Below, piece by piece: positions 1 through 14,611 of a stretch of 64,000 nt of DNA. The notes beneath the pieces were generated by a model that was given only the letters and a program-made list of their open reading frames with translations, was not told the DNA's origin and did not search any database. Source of the stretch: Azolla caroliniana (taxonomy: Eukaryota; Plantae; Polypodiophyta); assembly GCA_043228905.1 (NCBI GenBank), contig JBHGNT010000002.1, positions 1,240,001-1,304,000 of the forward strand. The letters run 5' to 3'. Made by a program: the position numbers and the translations under genes. Positions within the stretch are counted from its first letter, which is position 1. The number at the start of each line of letters is the position of its first letter.

Positions 1-52
1 TCGCCATTCTACACTTTAGGTTTAATTACATCGTTGTTGCATGACAAACAAG

Positions 53-570
53 ATTCGCCGTCATCCTAATGTTCTTTGTTCATATTATGTGCCTCCCTCT
101 ATACAATATGGCCCTGCGATATGGTCCACACACCCATATGTTGTACGATGAATGGCGAGTACACATCCTGAGCTTTGCACCTAACATCCTGAGCCATTAA
201 TTCGTGTCCACGAAGCTAAAATAAAACGATCCGGCCATAACTCATGGTCTTCCATATCGAAGATTCAAAAATACCAAAGTTCTTTAGGCAACGGGGGGGC
301 TAGGTGACAACATTCGCCGTCATCCTAAGGTTCATTGTTCATATTATGTGCCTCCCTCTATACAATATGGCCCCGCGATCTGGTCCACACACCCATATGT
401 TGTACGACGAATGGCGAGTACACATCCAGAGCTTTGGACCTAACATCCCGGGTCCTTAATTCGTGTTGATGAAGATGAAATAAAACGATCCGGACATAGC
501 TCATGGTCTTCCATATCGAAGAGTCGAAAATCCCAAAGTTCTCGAGGCAACCGGGGGGCAAGGTGTACAT
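53..570. repeat. ~259-bp tandem duplication, probably a transposon remnant
   Basis: ATTCGCCGTCATCCTAA...TATGTGCCTCCCTCTATACAATATGGCCC starts at 53 and again at 312. Both units end in GGCAAC(G/C)GGGGGGC..GGTG. Confidence 0.75.
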
Positions 571-1001
571 ACATACATATTCGTTGCCCGGGTTCTCGTG
601 TTTTCCCTCGGGCGATCGCTTTTTGCTTTTTGCTTTTCTGCTTTTTGGCTGATGTGTATGTATATGACATATGTCATGACTCACTCATTATGTATTCCCT
701 TCCATTTTGACAATTGTGTTTTGATGACCTCCAAATTTGCAGTGGATTGGATCAACCATCTCATGATGCTTGTGTAGAAGAAGAAATCAAGAACAGAGAG
801 GTACACAGAGACACAGAGATTCACAGAGATTCACAGATATCCACAGAGATTCACAGAGATACAGTCAGAAAGTAGAGAGAGAGAGAGAGGTTTTGGCAGA
901 TCTGCATGTATTCGCGTCAATGGCAACATCCATAGCTCTCTCTCTCTCTTTCTCTTCCCCTGATCTCACGTCTGACTTCTGATCTGCGATCTGATCTAAC
1001 C

Positions 1002-4000
1002 ATGGCTAAACGCCCTATCAAAGGCTCCTCACAACCTCCCACGCATGAGAATCAATGCAGAGATGTTTATGGATTCACCATAAGACCTCAACACCTTCAG
1101 CTCTACAAACAGTATTCTGCCATCTACAAGGTACGCCTCCTTTCTTTTGATTCCTGATTTCTCTCTCTCCCCATATTCAAAACAAGTTGTGCATTTTTTT
1201 TTTCTCTTCTTGCTACAAACAAGGAATGGGTTTTTCCTATGCTGTTTTTTCTCCGTCTTGCCATATACAAGGTTTTTTGCATATGTTTTTATTTTATTTT
1301 CTCGTAACATATGAGCTATACGCTTTTTTCCGTGCCATATAAAAGGCATGTTGTTTTCTCTCTTTCCATATGCAATGTATGGTTTTTCTGTTGCCATTTA
1401 CAAGGTGTGCTTTTGCTTTATCATATGCAATGTGCAGTTTTTCCTATGCATTTCTCTTGCTACATACACCGTATGTTTTTTTCTTCTTACCATATACATG
1501 CCATGTTTTTTGTCTTCAATGTGCTATACATATGCAACGTACGCTTACAATATATACGTTCCACATACAATTCATGCTGTTTTTTCCCTTATCAGAGGTA
1601 TGCTTTGATCAATTCATACTCTTTCCCCCCCTTATCAAAGGTATGCTTTTATCTTACAATATGCAAGCTAAGGTTTTTTCTTTCCTATACGACATTGTAT
1701 GTTTTATTCATATGCGTTTCTTCTGCCAAATAAACTTGCTAGCTATCCAGATTACATGTGGCCATAAGGCCTCCCCAATGCTGATGTTGGTTATCTTTAA
1801 CCTCAATGTGGCTCTTAACATATGTAGTTGTGATGACACAGTGGATCGTTCACATAATGATTAGCAACATGTAGTTACATTTGCTATAATAATATGAATG
1901 TACGAGGTAGGTAGGCTGTTTTCCACCCCATACAAGCTATTTGGTGTTCGCTATTTCTCAGTCTTTATGTGTCAGATGGTAAAAACAGAAAATTTCCATT
2001 TCCAATCCATCATAATGCAGGACTCCTTGCAAAAGTTGACATTGCTTGCTTATTTTATCACAGGAATGACATGGAATGATCACCTAATCGAGAGATTAGT
2101 AGCTATACTTCAGGCCTGTACCATTAATATAATCTAAACTGTTTAGTTCTGGGTGCCTGACAGGAAGAAGAAGCAGAAAGGTCAGCCAGATGGGAAAGTT
2201 TCCTTGAAAGGTATGGTGAATCAGAGGTTGCAAAGAGACCTGTTAGAGAAGAGGACAAAGCAATTGAAGTTACTAGAGGTGGAGGTGATGATAAAGTAAG
2301 GGTGAAGATATGGGGCCATATCCGTCCAAGTTTGTGGCCAGTTGAAGAAGTCATGCGCGCTAGGCTCATGAAAGTGAAGAGTAACCATGAAACAGACAAT
2401 CCTGCTGTAAGTGCATTTGTAAAATCTGAAGGTTTCAGCAATTCTGGGAAGGAAATCAATGCATCTGACAATGACTCAGAGGAAGTGAAGAGTATCAATG
2501 AGACAGATGAAACTTCTGCAAGTGTTCCCAAATGTTTTAACAGTGTTATAGAGGAAACCAATGTATTAGAGGAACAAACAAATGAAGAAAGAAATGCAGC
2601 TCATTGTGACGTAGTTCATAATGCAAATGATAACGATCCTGAACCATGTCCCTGGAGAGATGAGCTAGATGCCCTTGTACAAGGGGGAGTTCCCATGGCC
2701 CTGCGGGGTGAGGTAGTAGGCTATGGCCTTGGACAATGTTCCCAAAATGTGTAGAAGCTGTATTCTTTCTAAAGTATTGAAACTGGCCAAGCAGGTATGG
2801 CAAGTGTTTGTAGGAACAAAGAGACGGAGAATTTCAGGTCATTATGAAGCTCTTCTAACTTTGCTTGGTGATGGTGGTGGAGATAGTGATGGTGTTGGCG
2901 GACTTTACAAGGGAGAATCAAATAATTATAGCCTGTCAGAATCTGGAATTTTTGAGAAGTGGACTAACCAAATAGAGAAGGTGATTTGTAATTGTTCTTG
3001 GTGTTTTTCTCCCTGGTTTTTGGCAGTGGATCATAACTGTATGCTGGATTTGAACTTGGATCTAATAGGACTTGCCAAGGACCTTTCCTGGCCATCCAGC
3101 TTTGGATGTAGATGGCAGAAACGCACTTCGACGTTTGCTCACAGCATATGCTCGTCACAATCCTGATGTTGGGTATTGCCAGGTACAGCCTAGGAAATGA
3201 CCATATTGAAAACATATGGTTATATTGATTTGAGCTTTGTGAATGATACGATTTGGGGAGAACACAACACAGAACATAAAGGTTCAGCAGATAACAGTTT
3301 AATTTCATAATGGGCAATTTGCTTGCAGGCAATGAACTTCTTTGCAGCCCTATTATTGTTGATGATGCCAGAAGAGAATGCGTTTTGGTAATGGTGATCG
3401 ATTCTTCTTAGAAAATAGTTTCTGCTTTTTCTTGTAAAACTTTTAACTCCTTTTCTGCAGGACATTAACTGGTTTTATTGATGATTACTTTGAGGGTTAC
3501 TATTCAGAGAAGATGTTAGAGTCTCAGGTATGGAAATCCACACATTTATATTTTAATAAAAATTCTTGAGAAAACAGAGATTGTGCAATATACATTCTCT
3601 TAGGGAGGTGTCTTTTTTATCATTCCACCATTTAGGAAATGACAATACTATACATGTGGATTCTCCACACCAATCCCACAGATGCATGAGTTCATGTATC
3701 CCAGTTATGGCTATTTATTCATTTGCATTTATAACAAGCATTGGGTAAAGAGAAAAGTTGACTTTAATAATTTAAAATCAATATCCAAACCAAGTATGCA
3801 GGTACTATGAGATAGTGACATTGGGATCACTACCCTTGGCCCATTCATGGGGGATGCAATATGTATATCAAGATAAGAGTATCTCTAAGGCTTAAACTCT
3901 TATCTCAAAAGAGAGATCCTTCTGTTCTTAAGGAGCATGTATTATATAGGGTTTTACATGAAGGTAATGAAAACTTCACTTAGATAGGATGGCTTCATTG

Positions 4001-7000
4001 CAATACCTTTGAATCTGTTTGAGAATTAAGTAAGCTCATCACCTATAAGTACACATGTTAAATGAAGGGCATCTACAGCTTTTTTGGGGCATTTGTGCAC
4101 AGGCTTGTTGCATAATTGGCTAACAAAACCCGTAGATTACTATGAACAGAGTTCTCTAGAACTTTCCACTGTAGGTATGTAGGCATAAATGCTAAAGAAT
4201 CTTTTTCAGAGAGAGATAGTGGCATAAATATCCTTTACAAAGACATTATAGATTTCTACATTGACACCACTCGAGATGTCATTTGATAGGCCTATTGTTT
4301 TTTCATACACAAGGGGTACAACTGCATAGAGCACTTCAGCTAGAATGCTATTGATGTCCACAGATAGGTGAATCCTAACATCATGTATGGCCTACTTCAG
4401 ACGATACATGCCATCATCAATCACTGCCATGTGTGATCGCCTTTATTCTATAGTGCTAGTAGTCAGTACTTGTATCTCAGGTCTTGAGTTATTACTAATT
4501 GTTATCCTCTTTATCAAACATTTATGCATGTACCACTAGTCACTACTTGTTCCTCAGTTCTTGGGTTCTTATTACTACTGTTAGCTTCTGTATCAAACAT
4601 TTATGCATGCATCAAATGATGGTTGTAAAACTGGTGGAGTAGGGCTCTATGGACATTTAGAATCTAATATTATATTAAATTTCATTTGTAAGTAGATTCA
4701 AAACATCACAACAAAGGGTCAATCTTCCACTGTCCTCTTTCTTTTTTGTGGCCTCCCTTGGCAGGATTTATTCAGCATTTTCTAACATGGAGATATCTTC
4801 TCTGAGCTTGTCCTTGCCTATATGTGACTATACGTCAGGTTGAAACATCAATGGACTACTCAAGTCCCACAACCCCTGTAATAAACCACTACTTTAGCCC
4901 ATAAAACAAAATATCTAAGTAACAAAATGTTTTATGCTTATGGATTACTTGCGGCCTCAACCTTCATCTCTGTGTGCCCATCATAGAAAGTTTTTACTAC
5001 ACATAGAGAGTTCAGAGTAGTAATCCCCATTCTTAGGAATCGCATACAAGACGATTTGACTTGGTCTCATAGGCAATGTTGGCCTCCTTATGGACGCTAA
5101 AACATCTATTCTACCCTATTGTCTCTGTTGATGGTGTATCTTCCTGGTGCATTCCAAAATTTCATTGAATTGACCAGAATTGGCATACAAGACGATTTGA
5201 CGTGGTCTCGTAGGCAATGTTGACCTCCTTATGGACGCTAAAACATCTATTCTATCTTATTGTCTCCGTCGATGGTGTATCTTCCTGGTGCATTCCAAAA
5301 TTTCATTGAATTGACCAGAATTGGGTCAAATTTCTGACATCCGCAGCACTTTCTTTCTTTCTCTTGGTTATTCATATATTATGAACCTCTACAATTTTGT
5401 TGAATTGTCCAGAATTGGTTCTGAATTTCTGACATCTGCTGCTCATTCTTTCTTTCTCTTGCTTATTCATATATTATGAAGCTCAATTTTCTTCATCTGG
5501 GCCCTAAAAACTTTGTAACAACGTAAACAGGAAGTGTTCTTGTGACACTGCTTAGAGCATTATGAGAATTTCTTCATCTGGTGCAAAATCCCCCTTATGT
5601 ATTTGTACCATTTAAATAGCCCCTTCTTAATTATGTGTTTCTTTATGGCTCTTGTGAGGATGTGATCTGAAATGAGTATTCGGAGAGACCAAGTAATATG
5701 CAATGTTAAATTTGACTTTTGGCGTTGTAAACAGACTGCAATAAACTTCTATTATTTGCTTCCAATTCCACCACTTCTATTAATCTTGGCAAGCTAGTGG
5801 AACTAACTAAACATAATGTATTGATAAACATGAGGTTTTATTACCTCCCAGATATAATATGTGAAATTTGAAATATGCTTGTTCCAAGGATCTGCCTGTC
5901 ATTGAAAAAATTTATACCAATGGAGAAGGATGTTGTAAGTGTTGCCAGTCATAGAAGAAAACTGAGGCTGTTTGGTATACTGCAATGTAAAATAGAATCC
6001 AACCACCAGATTTGGTTCATCATCTTTGCATATGCCTATTAAATTGTCAGTAGCACTCCACTTTTAAACACATTCATATATAGGATATGATTTGTTATCC
6101 ATTCAGGTATAAATCTGTATGATAATCTGCATAATTTAACTATGCATGACATGACTCGTACTCTAAACTGATTTCAGAAAATACGAAACATGCTCTTTTT
6201 GATTTGTTTCAGGTTGATCAGTTGGTTTTAGATGAACTGGTGCACAAACATTTTCCAAGGCTAGGTGAATATTAATAAGAACTGAATTTTTGATTATAAT
6301 ATAGAGTTGACTTCTGATATTCATTATGTTTGTTTTGTTATTCATGATGTGAAAGTAGTATGCACCAAAATTAACATGCTCTATAATTTGCAGTGTCTCA
6401 TCTAGATGCTCTTGGAGTGCAAGTAGCCTGGGTTACCGGGCCTTGGTTCTTATCCATATTCGTAAACATATTGCCTTGGGAGAGTGGTTAGTATAACTGT
6501 AGTTTGTGCATATGATTTACTCAGTGTGACCAAAATCACTTTTGGTGCATTCTATATATAAGAAGTATTATTTGTCATGCTGTCTGCATGGTTAGTATCT
6601 AACATGAAGTATCTGGAATTCTTATGTTCTGTTAAAATATATTGGATACTCTATGACAGAAATAAGAATGAACTTTCCATCATACCTTTGCAGTTCTACG
6701 AATTTGGGATGTTCTTTTGTATGATGGAAATCGCAGTATGCTATTCAGGACAGCTCTTGCCCTTCTGGAGCAACATGGTAAAGTCAGAAAATACTATTTA
6801 CAGAAACCTTAATAATCTGTTTTTGAATCAATGGAAATTGAATGAAGAATATTGTATGGTTTTCATTTGTTTGTTTATAGGGTCAGCAATAATGGCTGCA
6901 AAGGATGCTGGTGATGCATTGTCACTATGGCAGTCCCTAGTTGGTTCAACCTTTGATAGCAGCCAGTTAGTTCTCATTGCATGCATGGGTTATCAGTTCA

Positions 7001-10000
7001 TAGATGAGATTCAGCTCCAAGAACTACGTGCAAAGAATCGTCCTCTAGTTCTTGCAGCCCTTTCTGAGAGGTCTCAATGGAGAAGTTCAAAGAGATCATT
7101 TTCTTCAAAGACTCTCTCAAATCGTGGAAATTCAAATGGCTCCCAAATAAAGTCAGCAGATCATAACAATGATATTACCGATGGTCAACAATTATCCATT
7201 CATGAAGAGCTGGAAAATAATTCTCTACCCGCTGTTACAGTTCAAAGTGATGATTTAGATGATGATGAAATCTGTGTTGCTGACATATTAGAACAGGTGC
7301 TGACATTGTTTCTTTATCTTTTATGCATGGGCTTTCAGGATGGAGAGATTAAGAGACTTGAGAGAGAGATGAAATAAAATCTACTTTAATGTCCTTGAGA
7401 GAAATGAAACCAAAGAAATTGCATCCCAGAGAGATTTAATATAATATCCAATAACAAGGAAAAGCGAAAAGAAACTGTATATAGGTCATATAGAATGGTT
7501 CACTAATTGATAATACATCCATTGGAAGCAATATGAGCTGGACGAGAATATTGCTACTTGTGGAGCAGAAAGTTCGATAGCCAGACAACATAGTCCTCAT
7601 CTATAGTTTGAGAGAACTATAATGATACAATTCCTTCTCATGGCACTCTTGCCAAAGTCCCTAGTGACGCATGAATCTTTTTCCTCCATTGCAAACAACT
7701 CCCTGACGCATATGGAAGGCTCGTTGCTAAAAGATACTTGTTGGGGAACCCCTCTTTATCACATACTGTGCCACATGCTCGATTTATGCAATGGCTAGAC
7801 GCGAGCAGCCCCTATAATCACCGAGGCATTGTTCCGATCAGTGATATGTATCGAACGTGTTTGGGAGCTTCCTAAATGAAGGTACCCAAGGTTGACATTT
7901 ACGTCATCAAGACAATTGGCTGAAAATGGAGACATTCATTGTTGGTATGCTGAAATGCAGCAATGGTTCGAGTCACATGGCATAAGCATAAATGCACTAC
8001 CCCCGTTCCAATAAAGCTTGGACTGTCTCTATCTAAACATGACCAAAGTGGAAAAGAATAAAGTGTTTCGAACTGATATTATTAACTTAAAACAGGATAA
8101 CATGGATAAGCCCCAAAATATCACTTGGTATGAATATGGCCCATTATGAGACTCACTTTTTACACACATCGGAGGATGGATTCATCATCAAACCACCTTA
8201 TATGGAGATACATCTATCCTATGCGCTGCACAGTGTGATAGGGCAGCTGCAAACTTCATCACATCAGTTAGAGATTGAGGTAAATAGATATACACGAATA
8301 CCTTTAGAAGTAAAAATTTACCAATTGTGTCATCACGGAGTGGAATGCGAAGTACACTATGTTTGTTAATGTAGCGTCATTTATGGAAAGTCCTAGGCAC
8401 CATTGTCTCTTTAAACTAGGATTTGGCCCACAATGCAAGTTAATGGAATATGAGAACCAATGGTGCCTAGAACTTTTCCTGTTAGAACTCAAGAGACATA
8501 GGGAAAAGTTGTTGTAGGACAATAGTACAACCACACAAGCTCATCCACAAAAAGCAATCACAACTTTCGTTAGCCCCATCACTCTTAATAATGCTACAAG
8601 TCAATCAAGGACATAACAAAGGGGTTGCACTAGATCGGGCGATAGCGATTTGTGGTGCATGTAGGCTTAGGCCCACGGAACACGACCCCACGACCCTTTT
8701 CATCGACAGATAAAGGCCATTATGTCCTGCCATTGCAGATGCTTCCCTCGCTTCAGAAACCTCTCCATTCTAGATCAACCTATGCTAGAGATATTTCAAG
8801 GACAAAAGTTATAATATATTTAACTTGAGAATCTTACATGTGCCAAAAACCAGATTCTTTAGTATCTTTTTATCTTATTACTTTTATATTTACTTAGTAG
8901 TATTTATTTTATTTTGATTTGTTGTTCTCAAAGACGAGACAACACTTAAGATGTAATCTCTTGTTTGGTCTTATAGGCCATTTTGGCAACGATGATAATA
9001 TATCGTCGTTTCTTTCTTATAAATAAAATTGTTCTATACCATAAGAATTTCTAGGATGTTTTTGCTGTCTCAGATATGAAGAGCCAGTGTACCTGCCTTC
9101 CTCTGCACTACTCATCTTCTTTTTTCTGATACAAAACTTTCTCCCTGCTCCAATTATGTTCTTATTCTTTTTTATATATCTTTAAACCTCTCTGTGGATG
9201 CATCAATGCCTCTACTAAATAATGCCTCTATGTGAATGTTAATTGCTATGGTATCCAAATTCAGGTTGATTTATATCACCCCACCCCATTTGCTCAGAAA
9301 AGAGGCATGAACACCAGAGTTGTACATTGTCAATTGGTGGTGTTACATGGTTTAGTGCGGTGCTAATGGCAACTCTGCCGCCTGATCCTTGTTGCATGAG
9401 GAATCTGCTCATACTTTTCAACATATAGGCATTGACCAGTAATGCTAGTTCACTCATTTTCCTTTCGGAGGCTTTGCATGCCTGTATTCCAGCCAGAAGT
9501 GCGTATATTATGTTCATCATTTTGATCATCTCTCATCAATCATAGGTCAGATTGTCCCCTGCATCAGATGACATCCCTGAAGATAATGAGGTTGGCACTC
9601 TGGCACTGTGCTGGTGCATCTAGTTGCTTATGGCCTCTTTATGGTAGAATTCAGTTTGCAAATTTCTGCTGTTCATTATCGCTATATATCATTATCGGCG
9701 ATAGAACATGGCTTACGTGGAATTACTGTAGTTAAGGTGATGCTAAAGTGCTTTTATATATTGCAGGTTAAGTGGTTGAAAATAGAGCTTTCTCGAGCCC
9801 TTGTAGAATGTAGAGCTGCAAATTTAAGGTGTCTCTTTTGTGCATTATCTGAAAACAAGGATACACACATTACCATTTCTTTATTGCTTACATCATTGTT
9901 GATTATCATCAGAGCAGAGGAGTTGGAAACTGCCTTTATGGAGCTTGTGAAGGAAGACAACAGGCGTTCACTGACTGCAAAGGTTAAATTTCGGTTTTTG

Positions 10001-12438
10001 GTTCATGTCTCAAAATATGTAGCTAAATCTTAAAATCTATAACTGTCATCAAGTTAGTTATCAAGATGGGTCTTCATTTGTTTGGAGTCACCCCAAAAAA
10101 GAAAGATTGCGTTTGAGTTTGTTAATATGTTTGTAACTTCTATTTTACTTTTTTTTATTCATTTTGTTCATTTTTATCTTTTTGTTGGGGTTATCTGTTA
10201 TCTGTTTTCTCCTATTCTTTTCAGGAATAATAAGATACCTGCATTCAGTTTGGGGATATCTATATGTTTTACTAGTGTATTTAATGTGTTACTCAGTTTT
10301 GGTGATATTAAAATACAAAAGATCACATCTTATGTGCATACGAATTTGTATATGACCTTCTATAGTAGTAGTATGGTGATAGATTGTAGTCTCTGTTTTC
10401 GTCTCTTAGTTTGTAAGCATTTTTCTTTTTAATTTAAAACTCTTCCACAATCTTAGTTTTTCTTAGTTTTGGCGATATTAAAATACAAAAGATCACATCT
10501 TATGTGCTTACAAATTTGTATATGACTTTCTACAGTAGTACTATGGTGATAGATTGTAGTCTCTGTTTCTGTCTCTTAGTTTGTAAGCATTTAAAAAAAA
10601 ATTTAAAACTCTTCCACAATCTTGAAATGTTGGAACTCTTCCACAGCCTTAAAATGGGGCTATGATTTTGTAAAATTTCCAGTCTTGAAATGCTGCAATA
10701 TCATGGCATGAGAATTTGTTTCTTTGTATTAACGATTTCAGTAATTGGGGCATTTTGAAGTCTATTATTACGAATTAAATATACCCATGTGCTCTTTACA
10801 GGTAGAGAGTTTAGAAGATGATGTGGCACAATTAAAACAAGCTCTTGCTGAAAAAGAAGAACAAGAACAGGCCATGCTCAAGGTAGCAACAGGACAAAAA
10901 GCTCATTGATTCTGTGCTTGATAGAGCTTGTGTTTACGGTAACATTTAGTTTTTTTTGTTCATAAAATTTGAATATCTTATTTACTTTACAAGTAAAGCT
11001 GATAAATATTAACAGTTAATGTTCAGCTATAATTTGTGATTATCTCATACTATTTTTGTCACTCTTGATGACTTGCAGTAAGTCATTAGATTCTAAAGTT
11101 TGTAACCTGCATGAAAAGTCTCTGATCTCAGCAACCCTTATGCCATGTTTTGGTATACAAGAAATGATGCTTCGAGCATGAAATCTTCTTTCTTGAAGTT
11201 AAAGTACATGAATATTAACCTCTTAACAGTGTTTTCAATATCTTGATGGAAAAGACGTCATTTTCATTGGGCTCAGAAAGTGTAGTATGTGTGGAAATTA
11301 GGTTCACTGCTAGTTTATGACTTTTTTTTTGCTATGACTTGTTAGCACCATATATAAGGACATAATCTTAAAACATTTTGTCAGGTAATGCTTCAAATGG
11401 AGCAAGAGCAACAAGCTGCTGATGATGCTCGCAGATATGCAGAGGATGATGCTGCAGCACAACGAAACGTGGCAAATGCTATTCAGGTAGTTGTGAAGCT
11501 TGTATTAGATAGACCTATTTTTTATGATATATATTCATTGATATCAACAAGATGTTTCATCACTGAAATGAAAAGAGACAACTTTGTCAGCTGGCCATAA
11601 TCACATGGCAATTGGATCATTGTGTCACTGGGATTTAATGCCCTAGGCTAGAGTAAGAGACACATCTCACATGCACACGTAGTACTTGATGTATCCAAAC
11701 CATTTAAGCACCCTTTATTTTCTGTTCTTTTATGAGTGTTTTGAGAGGATGTCTTATATTGGCCATCTTATCAGTAGTAGTTTTAGTCCAGCTATTAAAT
11801 GTTATTTCTGATACAAGCATCACATTTTGATTGCAGGTTAAATATGAAGATGCCATTGTCTTACTTGAAGAAATGGAGAAGAGAGCAGTACTGGCAGAAA
11901 GCATGTTGACAGCTACCTTGCAGTATCAGGCCCTTGATAGTAATTTTCCAGTTGGGCAACCAAAAGAAATTAATGGAGAACAATCTCGATGGTGGCCACG
12001 ATTCCCAATGAAGTAAACATTTTTTATCCATTGTTTTCTGATAAACTGCTTTATACGAAATGATGATCTTGCACTCTTGCAATTGCACGTCAGTGTTTAA
12101 GAGTGCAACTTAAGACAGCCTTTTTTCATGGTATGACAAAGTTTGAAATCATATGAATGAAATTTAAATGTTTATGGACATAATTTCCTTTCCACGTCTG
12201 TTTGAAACCTTTCATGGAGCCCCCAAGGAAGAAGTTAAATTGGAACAATACTATGTCATAGATTATTGAGTGTAAATTTGAATCAGGCCTTTTCTTATGA
12301 TATGACAGACCTGCCGAATTGCCACGTACATCAGAAATGCCAGAGCTTGCTGATGAACTATTAAAGATGAAAGGCAAAACAAACCAGCTTCCTGATCTAC
12401 AAAAGCAAGGATTACTATTTCGATGGCGTGAAAAGTGA
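1002..12438 (+). CDS. TBC-domain Rab GTPase-activating protein (Ypt/Rab-GAP, plant EVI5/TBC1D8-like) with C-terminal coiled coil; ~16 exons
   Basis: GT-AG exons spliced by eye: 1002-1130, 2164-2712, 2795-2980, 3069-3182, 3329-3387, 3461-3527, 6213-6264, 6394-6486, 6694-6777, 6881-7296, 9767-9828, 9913-9982, 10802-10882, 11385-11486, 11837-12012, 12309-12438. They give [39 protein letters not shown] (R finger), VGYCQAMNF (Q finger), [15 protein letters not shown] and a coiled-coil tail. The last junction is the least certain. Confidence 0.9.
5042..5480. repeat. intronic tandem duplications (~141-bp unit x2, then ~95-bp unit x2)
   Basis: GCATACAAGACGATTTGAC...GAATTGACCAGAATTGG at 5042 and 5183. 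TTGAATTG(A/T)CCAGAATTGG...TTATTCATATATTATGAA repeats at ~5306 and ~5400. Confidence 0.75.
7500..8600 (+). mobile_element. degenerate non-LTR retrotransposon (LINE) 3' fragment in a TBC intron
   Basis: ORF 8130-8369 has [16 protein letters not shown]...IYQLCH...CEVHYVC, the C-terminal zinc-binding region typical of RTEX/L2-like LINE ORF2. It is interrupted by stops, and the boundaries are approximate. Confidence 0.6.
10295..10622. repeat. intronic ~170-bp tandem duplication
   Basis: AGTTTTGG(T/C)GATATTAAAATACAAAAGATCACATCTTATGTG...AAAACTCTTCCACAATCTT occurs twice in a row. Confidence 0.8.
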
Positions 12439-14611
12439 ACAGTTTCTCAATCTCCATGAGTTATTTTTGTTTGTAAAATCTATATAAAATTGATATTCAA
12501 CATGACTGTCAACAACTACGTTGAGCTCAAAGGAAACTCAACTTGTCAAAGTGGGCGCTCTTAGATTTACGAAGTATTCCTTTAAAGAGGGCTGGATGCC
12601 TTGTAAATTCACTCTTGGTCATTCTTTACCTGAGTTCTTTGAAGATTATAGTTAATTTGTTGGCCCATGCTGCAAACAGATGCTACAAATACTCATGATT
12701 GGGTTGCAGGAGAGACAACTATCCCATTATTGTAAAGTAAATACTATTGTTTAACATTTACCATTGTCTGACTGGATAATCAGCCGAGAGCAATGTATAC
12801 TCACCAATTCTTTTTGGAGACTCCATAATTTCGGTGCATGCCTTCTCTAAAAGCTAATGGAAATTTTCTAGCATTGTTTTTAATGCTTCAAAAATGAATC
12901 TTGTATGTTAAATTATGGAGTGAAGGTAAGTGCAGATGCCTTACTATTAATCTTCTGGTCTACTCTGATTGGCTGCTTCCTTGTACACAGTCTTGCTAAC
13001 ACTTGATGTCCAAAAATGGTAGTTATTATATACAAAACAAAAAAGGTATTGCATACAAATGCAAGAAAACAAGGTATTGCATACAGAAAAGTTATTGTTG
13101 CACCAGGTCCTGTGATCATTACACGAAGACAACTATAGAAGCCTTACAAATGTGGCAAATAAAGGACAAGCAATACTTGCAGACTGGCAGATTGTGCAAT
13201 GGTTCACTCACCTTCATTGAATGCTTGAGTATTTGACGATACTTTCAGAAGGACGAGGATAACACTCCAAGGATATGATACATATTGGATAGTTATGCCA
13301 ACTTGAAGCTTTTTAAGAGTTGAGGCACATGATTATGTAGTGGCTGTGCTTTGGAAAGAAAACTTAATCTCTGTTTCATGTGGTTCTTACAAATGAGAAG
13401 AGGACTTAATCTCATTTTGAATTCAGATGCAATCTGCATATTCTTATTGCAATATGAGACATTGACTAAGTGAGGTATTTTATTGTCACTAAGATATCAA
13501 AAGTGACCTGTGTGGGGGACTAAAAAAATAAGTATGTGGATCAAAGTAGTGACTCTTGATGCGCAAGATTTTCACTAATAAACATTGAACTTCAGTGTGC
13601 ACATAGTGATTGTGATAAATCTGGGTAGGGATTAGACTAGATTGACATTGTTGGCTGAGTGATTTGTAGGTGTGTAAATGAGTGATCACATTGTCTAGTT
13701 GAAGTGAAATATAAGCAAAGTATTTGTATATTGACTTGAAATACTTCAAAAGAAAGTTCTTTTGGACATTCTCAAACTCTTTTCAAATAAACTTATGAAT
13801 GCTACTATCCTATGTCTCAACCTAATGGAGAAGCACTAGCATTGGCAAAGTGATCATGAGGTACTTGTCAAGAACCAAACTTTAAAAATTGCTTCCATTG
13901 CATGTCCTCAAATCCATAGTCAGCTCTCTTTTACAATGCTAAGGGGTAAGTAGCATGTTCATTCCATCTAAAATTATACGGACCCTCAAACCCAAGGTAT
14001 TAAGACTTTATTTTCCTTCAAGGGGCTCAATGTTGTACCCAACGCATAGACCATTTGTCTCTTCAATGTCCACAAGCATCCAACTCCAATGCACACTAAA
14101 GTTTCCCAGTGCACTCAAGCTTTTGGGCTTCTAAAATATTTGCTAAAAGTGCCAAATCATTCACTGAATAAGAATATTCCCAATTGGAACTTTTTCAATG
14201 ACTTCTTTACCTCATCAAAACAAGCCAATGAGGGTTGGTGATAAGGAGCATCCTTGCTCAACAATAATGTTAGCAAAAAAGTATAAATTACAGTAGTCCT
14301 TACTAGAGTGTTGAAGATGACAATGATGATATTTGATATGTTTTAATGTCTTAATGCATATCAGACAAAAAGATTATCAAAATCAATGTATATACCAAGG
14401 GGAAACAGTTTATTTGTCTTATTTAAGTCTCGGGATGTCATAATTGTACTGCCATGATGGTGTAACGGTGTCACAATCCTACTTTCTTCCATGATTGAGA
14501 GAACAAAACTGTGGTTGTCAGTTGTGTCATGGTGCTGTGTAAATAACACCTTATAAAACATCATGCCAATATACATGCCGGGAATTTTCTGCCAAAAATT
14601 CCAAGAAATGG

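Noticed and set aside
13480-14330. Possible transposase remnant between the TBC and ABCC 3' ends
   Set aside because: No diagnostic motif, TIR or TSD was found by eye.
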